Source: a virus (taxonomy: Duplodnaviria > Caudoviricetes). Taken from it: a DNA stretch of 55,807 nt. Where the stretch lies: the IMG/VR virus record IMGVR_UViG_3300030329_001543, positions 1 through 55,807 of that record. One strand, given 5' to 3'. The position numbers were made by a program, and so were the translations under genes. The first letter of the stretch is position 1, and every line of letters begins with the position of its first letter. The notes under the pieces were generated by a model. That model saw only the letters and a program-made list of their open reading frames with translations. It ran no database searches and had not been told where the DNA came from. Shown one piece after another: positions 38,063 through 47,562 of the stretch.

Positions 38063-38282
38063 TAAGCGCAAGCCAAACGGTTTTGTGTTTGATTATTTAA
38101 TTTGAATAAAATTTCAAATACATTGTGTCTAGCTTGCACTTAATGATAGGGCACTGCTACTATAGACGATGCGGAGGTCTATTTTACCACATTGTAGTTG
38201 TGAGTGGAAGGGAACAGTGCCCATAAATTCTAGAGCCGCATTTTTGTTACAAGGTAGCGGCACGCATTTTTCAGCACCTTGT
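38063..38282 (-). ncRNA. Tandem structured-RNA array: pseudoknot H7 (38235-38282), multi-stem H6 (38149-38222), hairpin H5 (38063-38142)
   Basis: Three abutting inverted-repeat elements filling a non-coding gap. Mismatches resolve as G:U only on the minus strand. Confidence 0.55.
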
Positions 38283-38286
38283 TTCG

Positions 38287-38436
38287 CTATGAGCCTGGCT
38301 TGCGATGTTTTGGCATAATCTTAATTCTTCCATGAGGTATTATTACAACTGCAACCTCACCTCTCTTTCCTTGAGGGTATGAATCTATTACTAAATCTGG
38401 AGCCCAAGATTTTATTTCATTGACTGTTAAATCCAT
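38287..38436 (-). CDS. Small hypothetical protein (49 aa, MDLTVNEIKSWAPD...; not in ORF track)
   Basis: Hand translation, AAGGA upstream. Confidence 0.45.
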   Translation of the reverse strand: MDLTVNEIKSWAPDLVIDSYPQGKRGEVAVVIIPHGRIKIMPKHRKPGS

Positions 38437-38568
38437 TATTTTTGTTTCCTTTCTTTTTTCTTTTTATTTCTAGCAATTTGATTTGGAGTTCTTCCATTAG
38501 ATTTTAATTGTTCATTTAATTTATGTTTCTTTTGCTTATTTGTTTTACTTGGTCTCATTATGTTTCCT

Positions 38569-38763
38569 TTATTGTTTATTATATGGGTTATATTGATTAG
38601 ATAGTTCTAACCAATTATTATCTAAGTATTCCTTTAATTCTTTATATCTTAACGAATTATTAATATTCCAACCATTCTTTTTGTAATGTCTTTCCATACC
38701 TTTAATTATTTGTATCAACTGCATAAAATTTAATTCTTCGGGATTAGCATATTTATTATTCAT
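38569..38763 (-). CDS. Hypothetical protein
   Basis: ORF track, early-gene orientation. Confidence 0.45.
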   Translation of the reverse strand: MNNKYANPEELNFMQLIQIIKGMERHYKKNGWNINNSLRYKELKEYLDNNWLELSNQYNPYNKQ

Positions 38764-38976
38764 AATTATATTCCCAACATTTGCCTTACTTCTAGCACTA
38801 AACGAAGAAACTCTAGTATTAAATATAGAGTCCAGAATTGTAATGAAAATTTTAGAAATCTTTTAATGTTTGTTGTCATTGTATAATCCTATAGTTATTG
38901 ACCAAGTTAATAGTAAATGTGTATTATAAATAGAAATAAAGTATATATATATTATAATGAATAAGAATAAAAAGAG

Positions 38977-39003
38977 AAAAAAGGGGGGATTAAGGTTCCC
39001 CCC
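38977..39003 (-). terminator. Intrinsic terminator after the first minus-strand gene
   Basis: GGGGGGA-accttaa-TCCCCCC followed by TTTTTT on the minus strand. Confidence 0.75.
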
Positions 39004-39017
39004 AGACCTATGATTGG

Positions 39018-39254
39018 TTACATTCCCTCATCAAGTGCGAGTGTATCCATTGCTTGTGTAGCATCAGAGTTCTCTAGATTAGAAACAGTCTCTGCGTCTG
39101 CGAGATATTGAAACCCAGACCCTTGATGCTTAACAAGGTTGTATTCAGTCCCGTCTACATTCACTGTACCGTCTGATACTTTTGCCTCGATAGGTACAAT
39201 CTTCTTACCTTCTTCAGTTGTTACAGGTGCTACGACCCTTATTGTTCTTGCCAT
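39018..39254 (-). CDS. Hypothetical protein, monocistronic (probable start MARTIRVV)
   Basis: TAAGGAG RBS before ATG 39254, with its own terminator. Confidence 0.6.
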   Translation of the reverse strand: MARTIRVVAPVTTEEGKKIVPIEAKVSDGTVNVDGTEYNLVKHQGSGFQYLADAETVSNLENSDATQAMDTLALDEGM

Positions 39255-39463
39255 AGTATTCTCCTTATATGGTTTATTGTTAACTAAAAATCGGATTTTC
39301 ATAATCCGCCAGAAAGGTTTACGAGCTAATTATATGTATATATCAAAATCCTACAATTTTTTTACTAAAAGAACTTGGTCAAATAAACCTTTTTATAATT
39401 TGACTTATCATTTAAATTCAAGGGTGGCAGGGTTAGGGATTAATAATATAATGTGTAATTTTT

Positions 39464-39679
39464 ATGGCGAAGGAAATTAAAGAATTATCAAAGCTTCCAT
39501 TAGAGCATCAGAATTACATATTAGAGGCATTGTGTAAAAAGTATGAACCCATAGAAATAGATGATAGGGTGTACTTAATCCCTCCAGAAGTAAATGAATT
39601 AATAGATAATCTTGTTATTCAATTAAACGATTTACATTCATTCAAAAAAAGAGACACTATTGGAAAAAAAGAAAATTAG
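39464..39679 (+). CDS. Hypothetical protein
   Basis: First ORF of the plus block. Confidence 0.5.
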   Translation: MAKEIKELSKLPLEHQNYILEALCKKYEPIEIDDRVYLIPPEVNELIDNLVIQLNDLHSFKKRDTIGKKEN

Positions 39680-40439
39680 AAATGTTCCTCATTATGTTTA
39701 TGATAACATAAATGAGTTTGAAGAACATAATCCTAATACAGTTGTACATCCAGATTGGCGAAAAGCGTCTGAAGGAGACTGGGTATTTAGTGATGACGAT
39801 AGAATAATACAGCTTTTAAAAGTATCAAAAGAAATAAACCATCCTCACGATAGAAAAAATTATAAATTTGCAAAAGGATGGGTAAGAACTGTTGTGGGTA
39901 GTTTTATTAATAGACCTAATACATTTATGGATACTGATTTTAGTGCTCATAGTAATAGATACACATTTAGTAAAACTATTAAAAATACAAATGAACAAGT
40001 TAAAAAACGTAAAAATGTAACAAACAAAGAAAAAGACTTTGCTACAAATATTGTCGTAGGAATGGGAGCAATAGAAGCGTATAAAAATGCATACAAAGAA
40101 GCTTCTGATAAAAAAGCAAGACAAAAAGCAACTGTACTTTTAAAACAGGAGAGAGTGATGAAAGAAATAGAAAAATCAGTTTTAGACGTTGCTAAAGGAT
40201 TAGGTATAGACCATGAGTATATCCTTAGTAAATTAAAAAATCTTGCAGATTTTAGTGAAGATGATAATATTATTTTACAATCAACAAAAGAATTAGGCAA
40301 GATTGTGGGGACCTCTGGAAATACAATTAAACAAAAAGAAATGGGATTACTAGGAGTATTTCAAGGATTTTCACCAGAACAACTTGAAGGTGCATCAAGA
40401 AATGAAATACCACAAATAAAAAATAAATCTGAGGAATAA
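39660..40439 (+). CDS. Terminase small subunit (putative)
   Basis: T.KEK.FA......GA.EAYK.AY....A...A..LLK...V...I HTH pattern of TerS, upstream of TerL. Confidence 0.7.
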   Translation: MEKKKIRNVPHYVYDNINEFEEHNPNTVVHPDWRKASEGDWVFSDDDRIIQLLKVSKEINHPHDRKNYKFAKGWVRTVVGSFINRPNTFMDTDFSAHSNRYTFSKTIKNTNEQVKKRKNVTNKEKDFATNIVVGMGAIEAYKNAYKEASDKKARQKATVLLKQERVMKEIEKSVLDVAKGLGIDHEYILSKLKNLADFSEDDNIILQSTKELGKIVGTSGNTIKQKEMGLLGVFQGFSPEQLEGASRNEIPQIKNKSEE

Positions 40440-40453
40440 AAAAAGGGGAAAAA

Positions 40454-41530
40454 ATGAGCATAGGAGATGACATCCGAAAAGATGCGGATGGGAATGTAAT
40501 AGGATGTCCACATTGCGGAGCTAGGTCAGTCCATAAAAGTGGATTTTTATATAGAGCAAATTCTAAAAAACAACAATGGTTGTGTACTGCGTGTAATAGG
40601 AAAACTGTAAGACCTAGTATAATAGAAAAAAGTCCATTTAAAGTTGAAGATATTGACCCAGACCATATACCAATAGAAGATTTAATTGAGCATAGAAAAA
40701 AACAATACAAGCAAAAAGCAATATCTAAAAAAAGTAAAAAACTTGTAAAAATAGATATTAATGTAAAAGGGCCTATTGGAATTGCTCACTTTGGAGACCC
40801 TCACGTTGATGATGATGGTACGGATATATCTCAAATATTATATTATATGAATGTGATTAATGGTACGCCAGGTATGTTTGCTGGTAATCTTGGAGACATT
40901 CAAAATAATTGGATAGGTAGATTATCTTCTTTATATGGACAACAATCTACTTCTGCAAAAGAATCATGGAGACTTACAGAATACTTTGTAAATAAATTAA
41001 ATTGGTTATACTTAGTAGCTGGAAACCATGACGTATGGAGTGGGGATGGAGACCCTCTTGATTTTATAATGAGAGACCATCAAGGATTATATGAGAAATG
41101 GGGAGCTAGGATGAATCTTGTATTTCCTAATGGAAGGGAGATAAGAATAAATGCAAGACATACTTTCAAAGGTAATAGTATATGGAATACTGCTCATGGG
41201 GTTGCTCGTGCTGCTCAAACTGGTTGGGCTGACCATGTCCTTACTTGTGGACATACTCACGTTTCTGGTTATCAAGTCATTAAGAATCCCGCTAATGGAT
41301 TAATATCTCATGCTTTACAAGTAGCTTCTTTTAAAATAATGGATAGTTACGCAGATAAATTAGGATTAGATGATAAAAACATCTTTAATTGTCCAGTTAC
41401 TATTATTGACCCTCAATACGATGATGATGATAATAGATTAATTACTACAATTTTTAATCCAATTAATGCATCACAATATTTAACGTATCTTAGAAAAAAT
41501 TATAATAAATTAAAGAATGAAAAAGCTTGA
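40454..41530 (+). CDS. Calcineurin-like metallophosphoesterase with N-terminal zinc ribbon
   Basis: CPHC..CTAC; GDPH, LGD, GNHD, ARH, GHTH. Confidence 0.85.
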   Translation: MSIGDDIRKDADGNVIGCPHCGARSVHKSGFLYRANSKKQQWLCTACNRKTVRPSIIEKSPFKVEDIDPDHIPIEDLIEHRKKQYKQKAISKKSKKLVKIDINVKGPIGIAHFGDPHVDDDGTDISQILYYMNVINGTPGMFAGNLGDIQNNWIGRLSSLYGQQSTSAKESWRLTEYFVNKLNWLYLVAGNHDVWSGDGDPLDFIMRDHQGLYEKWGARMNLVFPNGREIRINARHTFKGNSIWNTAHGVARAAQTGWADHVLTCGHTHVSGYQVIKNPANGLISHALQVASFKIMDSYADKLGLDDKNIFNCPVTIIDPQYDDDDNRLITTIFNPINASQYLTYLRKNYNKLKNEKA

Positions 41531-41927
41531 TAAATTTATATATAATGCTAAATTAGTAAGAGTTGTTGATGGCGATACTTGCGATGCTCTTATAGATTTA
41601 GGATTTGATACTTTTGTAAAAAAAAGAATACGATTTGCTGGTGTAGATACTTGGGAATCTAGAACCAGAAACCTAGAGGAAAAGAAAAAAGGATTAGAGG
41701 CAAAAAATTATACAAAAAAAATGCTAGAAAGTTCCGATAAAGGAAGCTTTACTTTAAAATCTCACGGCCTTGGTAAGTACGGCCGAGTACTTGGTGAGAT
41801 TTTTCTAAAAGGACAAGAAATTAGTCTAAATGAATTATTAAAAGAAAATGGCCATGCGTATGAATACGATGGTGGCAAGAAAAAACAATTTACTAATAAA
41901 GGAATACAAAACGACCCAGAGTGTTAA
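41517..41927 (+). CDS. Thermonuclease (SNase family)
   Basis: RVVDGDT, RIRFAGVDTWE, KYGRVLG, NELL..GHA..YDGG. Confidence 0.9.
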   Translation: MKKLDKFIYNAKLVRVVDGDTCDALIDLGFDTFVKKRIRFAGVDTWESRTRNLEEKKKGLEAKNYTKKMLESSDKGSFTLKSHGLGKYGRVLGEIFLKGQEISLNELLKENGHAYEYDGGKKKQFTNKGIQNDPEC

Positions 41928-42033
41928 ATGAGCGAATTACAAGAATCAATTATCAGAAGTCAAGTCCTTGTATTGCTCCATAGAAATCAAAATAAATCAA
42001 AAAGAATAATAGAAAGATTTTTAAAATGTATAA

Positions 42034-42246
42034 ATGGAGAATACAATGAAGCAAAAAAAATCATTAACGAAACGTAGTCTACAAACAAAAATAGATGATT
42101 TAGAAAAAACAATATTATTTATTGCAGATAGATTAAAAAGAGTAGAAGTTGTTTTTGATGATTTTGTAGAAATGACAAAGCAAACTGAAAAATTTGAGAA
42201 ATACTTAGATGGCAAATATAAACAGTCAGAACATAAACAAAGCTGA
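42034..42246 (+). CDS. Hypothetical coiled-coil protein
   Basis: ORF directly before TerL. Confidence 0.5.
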   Translation: MENTMKQKKSLTKRSLQTKIDDLEKTILFIADRLKRVEVVFDDFVEMTKQTEKFEKYLDGKYKQSEHKQS

Positions 42247-43777
42247 AGAAGCTTTACAATTAGCATATAAAGACCTTATATCATTTGGAAAACTTTTTCT
42301 TCCAGATGACTTTATGCGAAGTGAAACTCCTTTCTTCCATTATGAAATTGCAGATGCAATTGATGATAAAAATGTAAAACAAACTGCTATTATTATTCCC
42401 AGAGGACATGGAAAAACTGTTCTTACCAAAGCTTCTATTGTAAAAGATTTTTGCTTTGCAAGTAAAGACAATTTTCTATTCTATGCTTGGGTATCAGCTA
42501 CACAAAAATTAAGTGTAGGTAATATGGATTATATTAAACATCATCTTGAGTTTAACGATATGATTAAATATTACTTTGGCCCAATGCGAGGAAAAAAATG
42601 GACAGAAGAAGATATAGAGGTAACCAATGGATGTAAACTTATATCGAAAAGTAACGTTGCAGGGATTCGAGGAGGAGCTAAACTCCATAAACGATATGAC
42701 CTCATTGTGCTTGATGACTTTGAACATGAAGCGAATACAATTACAAGAGAAGCCAGAGATAAAAATGCGAATTTGGTCACGGCTGTTGTATATCCCGCTA
42801 TTGAGCCTCATACTGGCCGTCTTCGTGTCAATGGTACTCCTGTACATTATGACAGCTTTATTAATAATCTTATTAATAATTATGCTAAGGCTCAAGAAGA
42901 TAAAAAAGAATTTTCTTGGAAAGTTATTACATACAAAGCATTACTTGATGAAAACACTCCGCTTTGGGAATCATTTTTCCCAATCTCAAAAATAAAAGAA
43001 AAGAAAAAATTCTACGCTGATTCTGGTCAACCTCAAAAGTTCTATCAAGAATATATGATGGAAGTAATGAGTGAGGAAGATGCAATATGGAGAAGACAAC
43101 ATATAAAATATTGGGATGGGTATTATAAAAATGAAGATGGGATAAATTATATTGTAAAAAATGGTGAAGAAGTGCCAGTGAATACATTTATAGGATGCGA
43201 CCCAGCTACAGATATTGATACAAAACATAGTGACTTTTCTGTAATAACTGTAATTGCTATTGATGTAAATAATGAATTATATGTACTAGAATATGAAAGG
43301 CATAGAAGTATTCCCACTATTGGTTCTAAAAATCCATCAACAGGTGAGATACTTGGAAAAAAAGGTGTAGTAGATATAATACTTGAATTACATGAAAAAT
43401 ATAATTGCATATCATCTACAGTAGAAGATGTAGCTATGAATAGAAGTATTTTTCAAGCATTAAATGAAGAAAGAAGAAGATTAAATAAGTTTGGAATATC
43501 GGTAATTCCAGAGAAACCAGGCGGACAACAGAAAAGAAATCGCATTTATAGCGGACTTTCTGCCCGTTTTAGTACTGGAACAGTGCATTTACGGAAAAAT
43601 ATGTTTGATTTAATCAACGAAATCCTTACTTTTGGCCCTAAAATGGCTCATGATGACACAATAGAGAGCCTTTATTATTCGCAAGTTCATGCTTTTCCTC
43701 CTAATATGAAAAAGGATAAAAGTAAAAGAAGTTGGTTTAAACCAAGAAAAAAAGCTAAAAGTTGGGTAATCGCATAA
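42209..43777 (+). CDS. Terminase large subunit
   Basis: Walker A PRGHGKT, Walker B LIVLDDFE, GTP coupling motif, QEYM, RNase H-like GCDPA..DFS..VE..HDD. Confidence 0.93.
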   Translation: MANINSQNINKAEEALQLAYKDLISFGKLFLPDDFMRSETPFFHYEIADAIDDKNVKQTAIIIPRGHGKTVLTKASIVKDFCFASKDNFLFYAWVSATQKLSVGNMDYIKHHLEFNDMIKYYFGPMRGKKWTEEDIEVTNGCKLISKSNVAGIRGGAKLHKRYDLIVLDDFEHEANTITREARDKNANLVTAVVYPAIEPHTGRLRVNGTPVHYDSFINNLINNYAKAQEDKKEFSWKVITYKALLDENTPLWESFFPISKIKEKKKFYADSGQPQKFYQEYMMEVMSEEDAIWRRQHIKYWDGYYKNEDGINYIVKNGEEVPVNTFIGCDPATDIDTKHSDFSVITVIAIDVNNELYVLEYERHRSIPTIGSKNPSTGEILGKKGVVDIILELHEKYNCISSTVEDVAMNRSIFQALNEERRRLNKFGISVIPEKPGGQQKRNRIYSGLSARFSTGTVHLRKNMFDLINEILTFGPKMAHDDTIESLYYSQVHAFPPNMKKDKSKRSWFKPRKKAKSWVIA

Positions 43778-43974
43778 TGGCAGGAAAAACTACACATAAA
43801 ATACAAAACCCTAAAAGCATGGGAAAATCTTCTTTGGAAACTAGAGCTAATGTAGGCTCAACTGAAGTGGATGTTGGAGGGCCTAAACATTCTTATTGGC
43901 AATCTTTTATGCCAAAAACAAAATCATTTGTTCCTAAAAAATTAAATGTGCTTTATTCTCAAAAGAAAAAATAA
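43777..43974 (+). CDS. Small basic hypothetical protein (probable start MAGKTT)
   Basis: TAATG coupling on both sides. Confidence 0.5.
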   Translation: MAGKTTHKIQNPKSMGKSSLETRANVGSTEVDVGGPKHSYWQSFMPKTKSFVPKKLNVLYSQKKK

Positions 43975-44354
43975 TGTATAAGTTTGGAAAAAGAAGTAAA
44001 AGTAGATTAAAAGGAGTGGATGCTAAGCTCGTTAATGTTCTCAATGAATTAATTAAAATTATGGATGTTACTATTATTGAAGGTGTGCGGAGTAAGGAGC
44101 GGCAAGAGCAATTATTAGCACAAGGGAAAACAAAAACTAGATTTTCCAAACACATCGAAGGAAAAGCTGTTGACCTCGCTCCTTACCCGATTAACTGGGA
44201 TGATAGAGAAATGTTTCATTATATGGGTGGAATGTTGAGAGGATTAGGAAAAGCAATGGGTGTAAAAATAAGATGGGGCGGAGACTGGGATAGCGATGGT
44301 GATATACACGATAATAATTTTGACGACTTAGTCCATGTAGAAATATTAGATTAA
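43974..44354 (+). CDS. Endolysin, M15 family L-Ala-D-Glu peptidase
   Basis: EGVRS.ERQ, SKHIEGKAVD, RWGGDW, DLVHVE. Confidence 0.9.
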   Translation: MYKFGKRSKSRLKGVDAKLVNVLNELIKIMDVTIIEGVRSKERQEQLLAQGKTKTRFSKHIEGKAVDLAPYPINWDDREMFHYMGGMLRGLGKAMGVKIRWGGDWDSDGDIHDNNFDDLVHVEILD

Positions 44355-46597
44355 TGGCAAGAAAATCTAAAAAATTAGTAGATAATATAGTTGACCTTTT
44401 TAGAAAGGCTAATTCTAGCGAAAGACAAAAATGGCAAACTGATGCTCAAAAAAATTATGAATTTTTCTTAGGAGACCAATTATCAGCGACTGAAAAAGAA
44501 TCATTGCAAGCTGCTGGTATGCCAGATTTTGTTATTAATAGAATTACTCCAGTGATTGAAATGATGAAATTTTTTGCGACAGCTAACAATCCTAGATGGC
44601 AAGCTGTTGGAGCTGAGGGAAGTGATTCCGATGTAGCTGCTTTACATTCTGATATAGCGGATTTTTGTTGGAGCAATTCAAATGGAAACAGTCTTTACTC
44701 AAGTGTGATACAAGATGCTTTAGTAAAAGGCATTGGATATATGCAAGTAGATGTAGACCCTGACCAAGATAGAGGAATGGGTGAAGTTGTATTTAACACA
44801 ATTAATCCTTTTGATGTTTATGTTGACCCTACCTCAAGAGACTTTTTATTTAGAGACGCTAGTTATATTATTGTTAAAAAAGATATGCCTAAAGAACAGT
44901 TAATGAGATTGTTTCCAGATGATAAAAGAAAAATTAAAAATGCAAATCCCAGCAACATATCAAATAATGACTATAGTCAAAGAGACATTACCGACAGTGA
45001 ATTAATATTTAATGCAGATGTTAGAAGTTCTTCTTATACTAAAGACGGGGAAGATGATGAAATTCTAGATTATTACGAAGGTTATTTTAAAGAAAAAATT
45101 GCATATATGAATCTTTTTGTAAATATGCCTCCATCTCCAGAAGAAATGCAAGAAATTCAAAAACAAGTAAAAGATACATTAGATAATCTTAGAAAAGAAC
45201 AAATAGTTCAACTTGAAGAACAAAAATTAAAATTAACTCAAGCTGTTGAACAAGGCGAAATGATACAAGAAAGAGCAATTCTTGAAATTGAAAAAATGCA
45301 AAAATCAATGGAAGCTGAATTAGAACAAAGAAAAATTGTATTATTAAGTCAAATGGAAGAATCTAGGACAAGAGTTGAAAATAGAGTAGTCACAGAATTT
45401 GAATATAATATAATGAAACAGGATGAAAATCTTGTTACAAATATTGTTGACGCAGTTAAGTTTTATGAAAATAGAATAAAAATGTGCGTAGTTGTTGGAG
45501 ACAAATTATTATATGAAACTATATTAAATGTAAAAGAATATCCAATAATTCCTTTTGTATATCAACACACAGGTACTCCATTTGCATTAGGAGCTGTTTC
45601 TCCTTTAGTTGGTAAACAAAAAGAATTAAACAAAGCTCATCAAATAATGATTCACAATGCTAATTTAGCTTCTAATCTTAGATGGATGTATGAAGAAGGT
45701 TCTGTACCAGAAGAAGAATGGGAAAAATATTCATCATCTCCTGGCGCTTTATTAAAATACAGACAAGGATTTGCCCCTCCACAACCTGTTCAACCATTGC
45801 CACTTAATTCAGCTTTTTACGGAATAACTGAAAATGCTAAAAGAGACATGGAATATACTTCTGGAATTTATTCTTCTATGCAAGGAGATACAGGTTCTTC
45901 ACCAGAAACATATCGTGGATTATTGGCAATGGATGAATATGGTACTAGAAGAATTAAATCGTGGATGCAAAATATAATAGAACCGTCATTAGAACATTTA
46001 GGAAAAATATTTAAAGATTTTGCTCAAAGTACATATCAAGCTCATAAAGTTTTTAGAATAGTAAATCCTAATAACATAGATGAAGAAACGCAAGTTGAAA
46101 TAAATGTTCCTATTTATAATGACTTAGGAAATTCTATTCAAAAATGGAATGATTATGCTTCTTCAAGATTTGATGTTAGGATTATAGGAGGTTCAACGCT
46201 TCCTTTGAATAGATGGGCATTAATGGAAGAGTATTTTAAATGGTATCAATCTGGACTTATTGATGATATAGCTATGATTTCAGAAACGGATATTAGAAAT
46301 AAAGAATCAATTATAAAGAGAAAAAGTGTTTATATGCAATTAAGAGGTCAAATAGAAGAATTGCAAGGATTAGTTACCGATAGAGAAGGTGCAATAGAAA
46401 CACTAGAAAGGCAATTAGTACAATCTGGAATACAGAGCAAGATACAAAACGCCGATATGAAAATCCAAAAAGACTTACTTGAAACCGAAGCTGCACAAAG
46501 TATGCTACGGAACAAACTAAAAAGTGACACAACCACTAAGATAAAAGAACTAGGTTTAGCTGTAGCTGACGCTAAAAAGAAAGCAACAACAAAATAG
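44354..46597 (+). CDS. Portal protein (P22-like)
   Basis: FFLGDQ...INRI.P, VYVDP.SRD...DA, YPIIPF, Q.ELNK, and a C-terminal helical barrel. Confidence 0.9.
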   Translation: MARKSKKLVDNIVDLFRKANSSERQKWQTDAQKNYEFFLGDQLSATEKESLQAAGMPDFVINRITPVIEMMKFFATANNPRWQAVGAEGSDSDVAALHSDIADFCWSNSNGNSLYSSVIQDALVKGIGYMQVDVDPDQDRGMGEVVFNTINPFDVYVDPTSRDFLFRDASYIIVKKDMPKEQLMRLFPDDKRKIKNANPSNISNNDYSQRDITDSELIFNADVRSSSYTKDGEDDEILDYYEGYFKEKIAYMNLFVNMPPSPEEMQEIQKQVKDTLDNLRKEQIVQLEEQKLKLTQAVEQGEMIQERAILEIEKMQKSMEAELEQRKIVLLSQMEESRTRVENRVVTEFEYNIMKQDENLVTNIVDAVKFYENRIKMCVVVGDKLLYETILNVKEYPIIPFVYQHTGTPFALGAVSPLVGKQKELNKAHQIMIHNANLASNLRWMYEEGSVPEEEWEKYSSSPGALLKYRQGFAPPQPVQPLPLNSAFYGITENAKRDMEYTSGIYSSMQGDTGSSPETYRGLLAMDEYGTRRIKSWMQNIIEPSLEHLGKIFKDFAQSTYQAHKVFRIVNPNNIDEETQVEINVPIYNDLGNSIQKWNDYASSRFDVRIIGGSTLPLNRWALMEEYFKWYQSGLIDDIAMISETDIRNKESIIKRKSVYMQLRGQIEELQGLVTDREGAIETLERQLVQSGIQSKIQNADMKIQKDLLETEAAQSMLRNKLKSDTTTKIKELGLAVADAKKKATTK

Positions 46598-46638
46598 TTT
46601 ACTTGATTAGAGTTTGTGTTATAAATTAAGGAGTAATT

Positions 46639-47508
46639 ATGACTGAAACTCAAACAGACAACCTAAAAGCAGAAGAAATGTTTCCTGCTGATAGCCCTGA
46701 TGAAAGTACAGTTCCTAACGCTGACGATTTTTTTGAAGCTCTTGACCGAAAGGTAAATCAAGGTATACTGGAGCCAGAAGAAACCACAGCATCAAATGTT
46801 CAACAATTAGAATCTGAGCCAACCTCGGAAGCGAGCCCTCAACAAGAAGCTAATGGAGAACATAATTGGGAAAAAAGATACGCTGATTCAACTAATGAAG
46901 CTAGAAAGTTAAATGGACAGCTAAAAGAACTTGAACCATACGTTCCTATTCTCAATGCAATGAAAAAAGACCCTAATTTAATTTCTCATGTTAGAAATTA
47001 TTTTGAGGGTGGTGGTGAAACGCCCAAAAGTGTCAAAGAACAACTTGGCTTAGATGAAGATTTTATTTTTGATGCAGATGAAGCTGTTACAGATAATAAA
47101 TCTAGCTCAGCGAAAGTTCTTCAATCTGTTATAGATGGAGCTGTTCAAAGAAAACTAACTGGGTTTGCGCAGAATCAACAAAGAGTTGCTGAATCGCAAA
47201 ATGCAGAAAGAACTTTTAAAGAACAGCATAATATGACAAATGAAGAATGGAATGACTTTGTAGAGTATAGTAAATCTAGAACTCTTACGCTTGATGATAT
47301 TTATTATCTAAAAAACAGAGACAATCGAGATAAGCAGGTGGCTAATTCAACTCGACAAGAGATGAAAGACCAAATGCAAAGAGTTAGAAATAAACCTCAA
47401 TCAGCGGCCAAAGCAGGTAGTCAAGGGACTCCACAAAAGTCTGGCGACGACAATATCTTTGATTCAATTTTGGGAATTGACAAAGAACTGGATTCAATGT
47501 TTGGATGA
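46639..47508 (+). CDS. Capsid scaffolding protein
   Basis: Acidic N-terminus, WEKRYADS..EA coiled coil, between portal and MCP. Confidence 0.75.
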   Translation: MTETQTDNLKAEEMFPADSPDESTVPNADDFFEALDRKVNQGILEPEETTASNVQQLESEPTSEASPQQEANGEHNWEKRYADSTNEARKLNGQLKELEPYVPILNAMKKDPNLISHVRNYFEGGGETPKSVKEQLGLDEDFIFDADEAVTDNKSSSAKVLQSVIDGAVQRKLTGFAQNQQRVAESQNAERTFKEQHNMTNEEWNDFVEYSKSRTLTLDDIYYLKNRDNRDKQVANSTRQEMKDQMQRVRNKPQSAAKAGSQGTPQKSGDDNIFDSILGIDKELDSMFG

Positions 47509-47562
47509 TAACTATAATGGTTGGACAAGCGTTGATGAAAATAAAATAAAGGTTAGAATATA

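Noticed and set aside
38063-38282. tRNA genes in the structured non-coding region
   Set aside because: No TTC T-loop, D-loop GG or cloverleaf spacing recognisable on either strand.
38230-38289. Pseudoknot-stimulated stop-codon readthrough
   Set aside because: Reading through the TAG adds only about 19 codons before another TAG.
40454-40620. IS1-like transposase zinc ribbon
   Set aside because: It is fused to a phosphoesterase, with no DDE domain, terminal IRs or target duplication.
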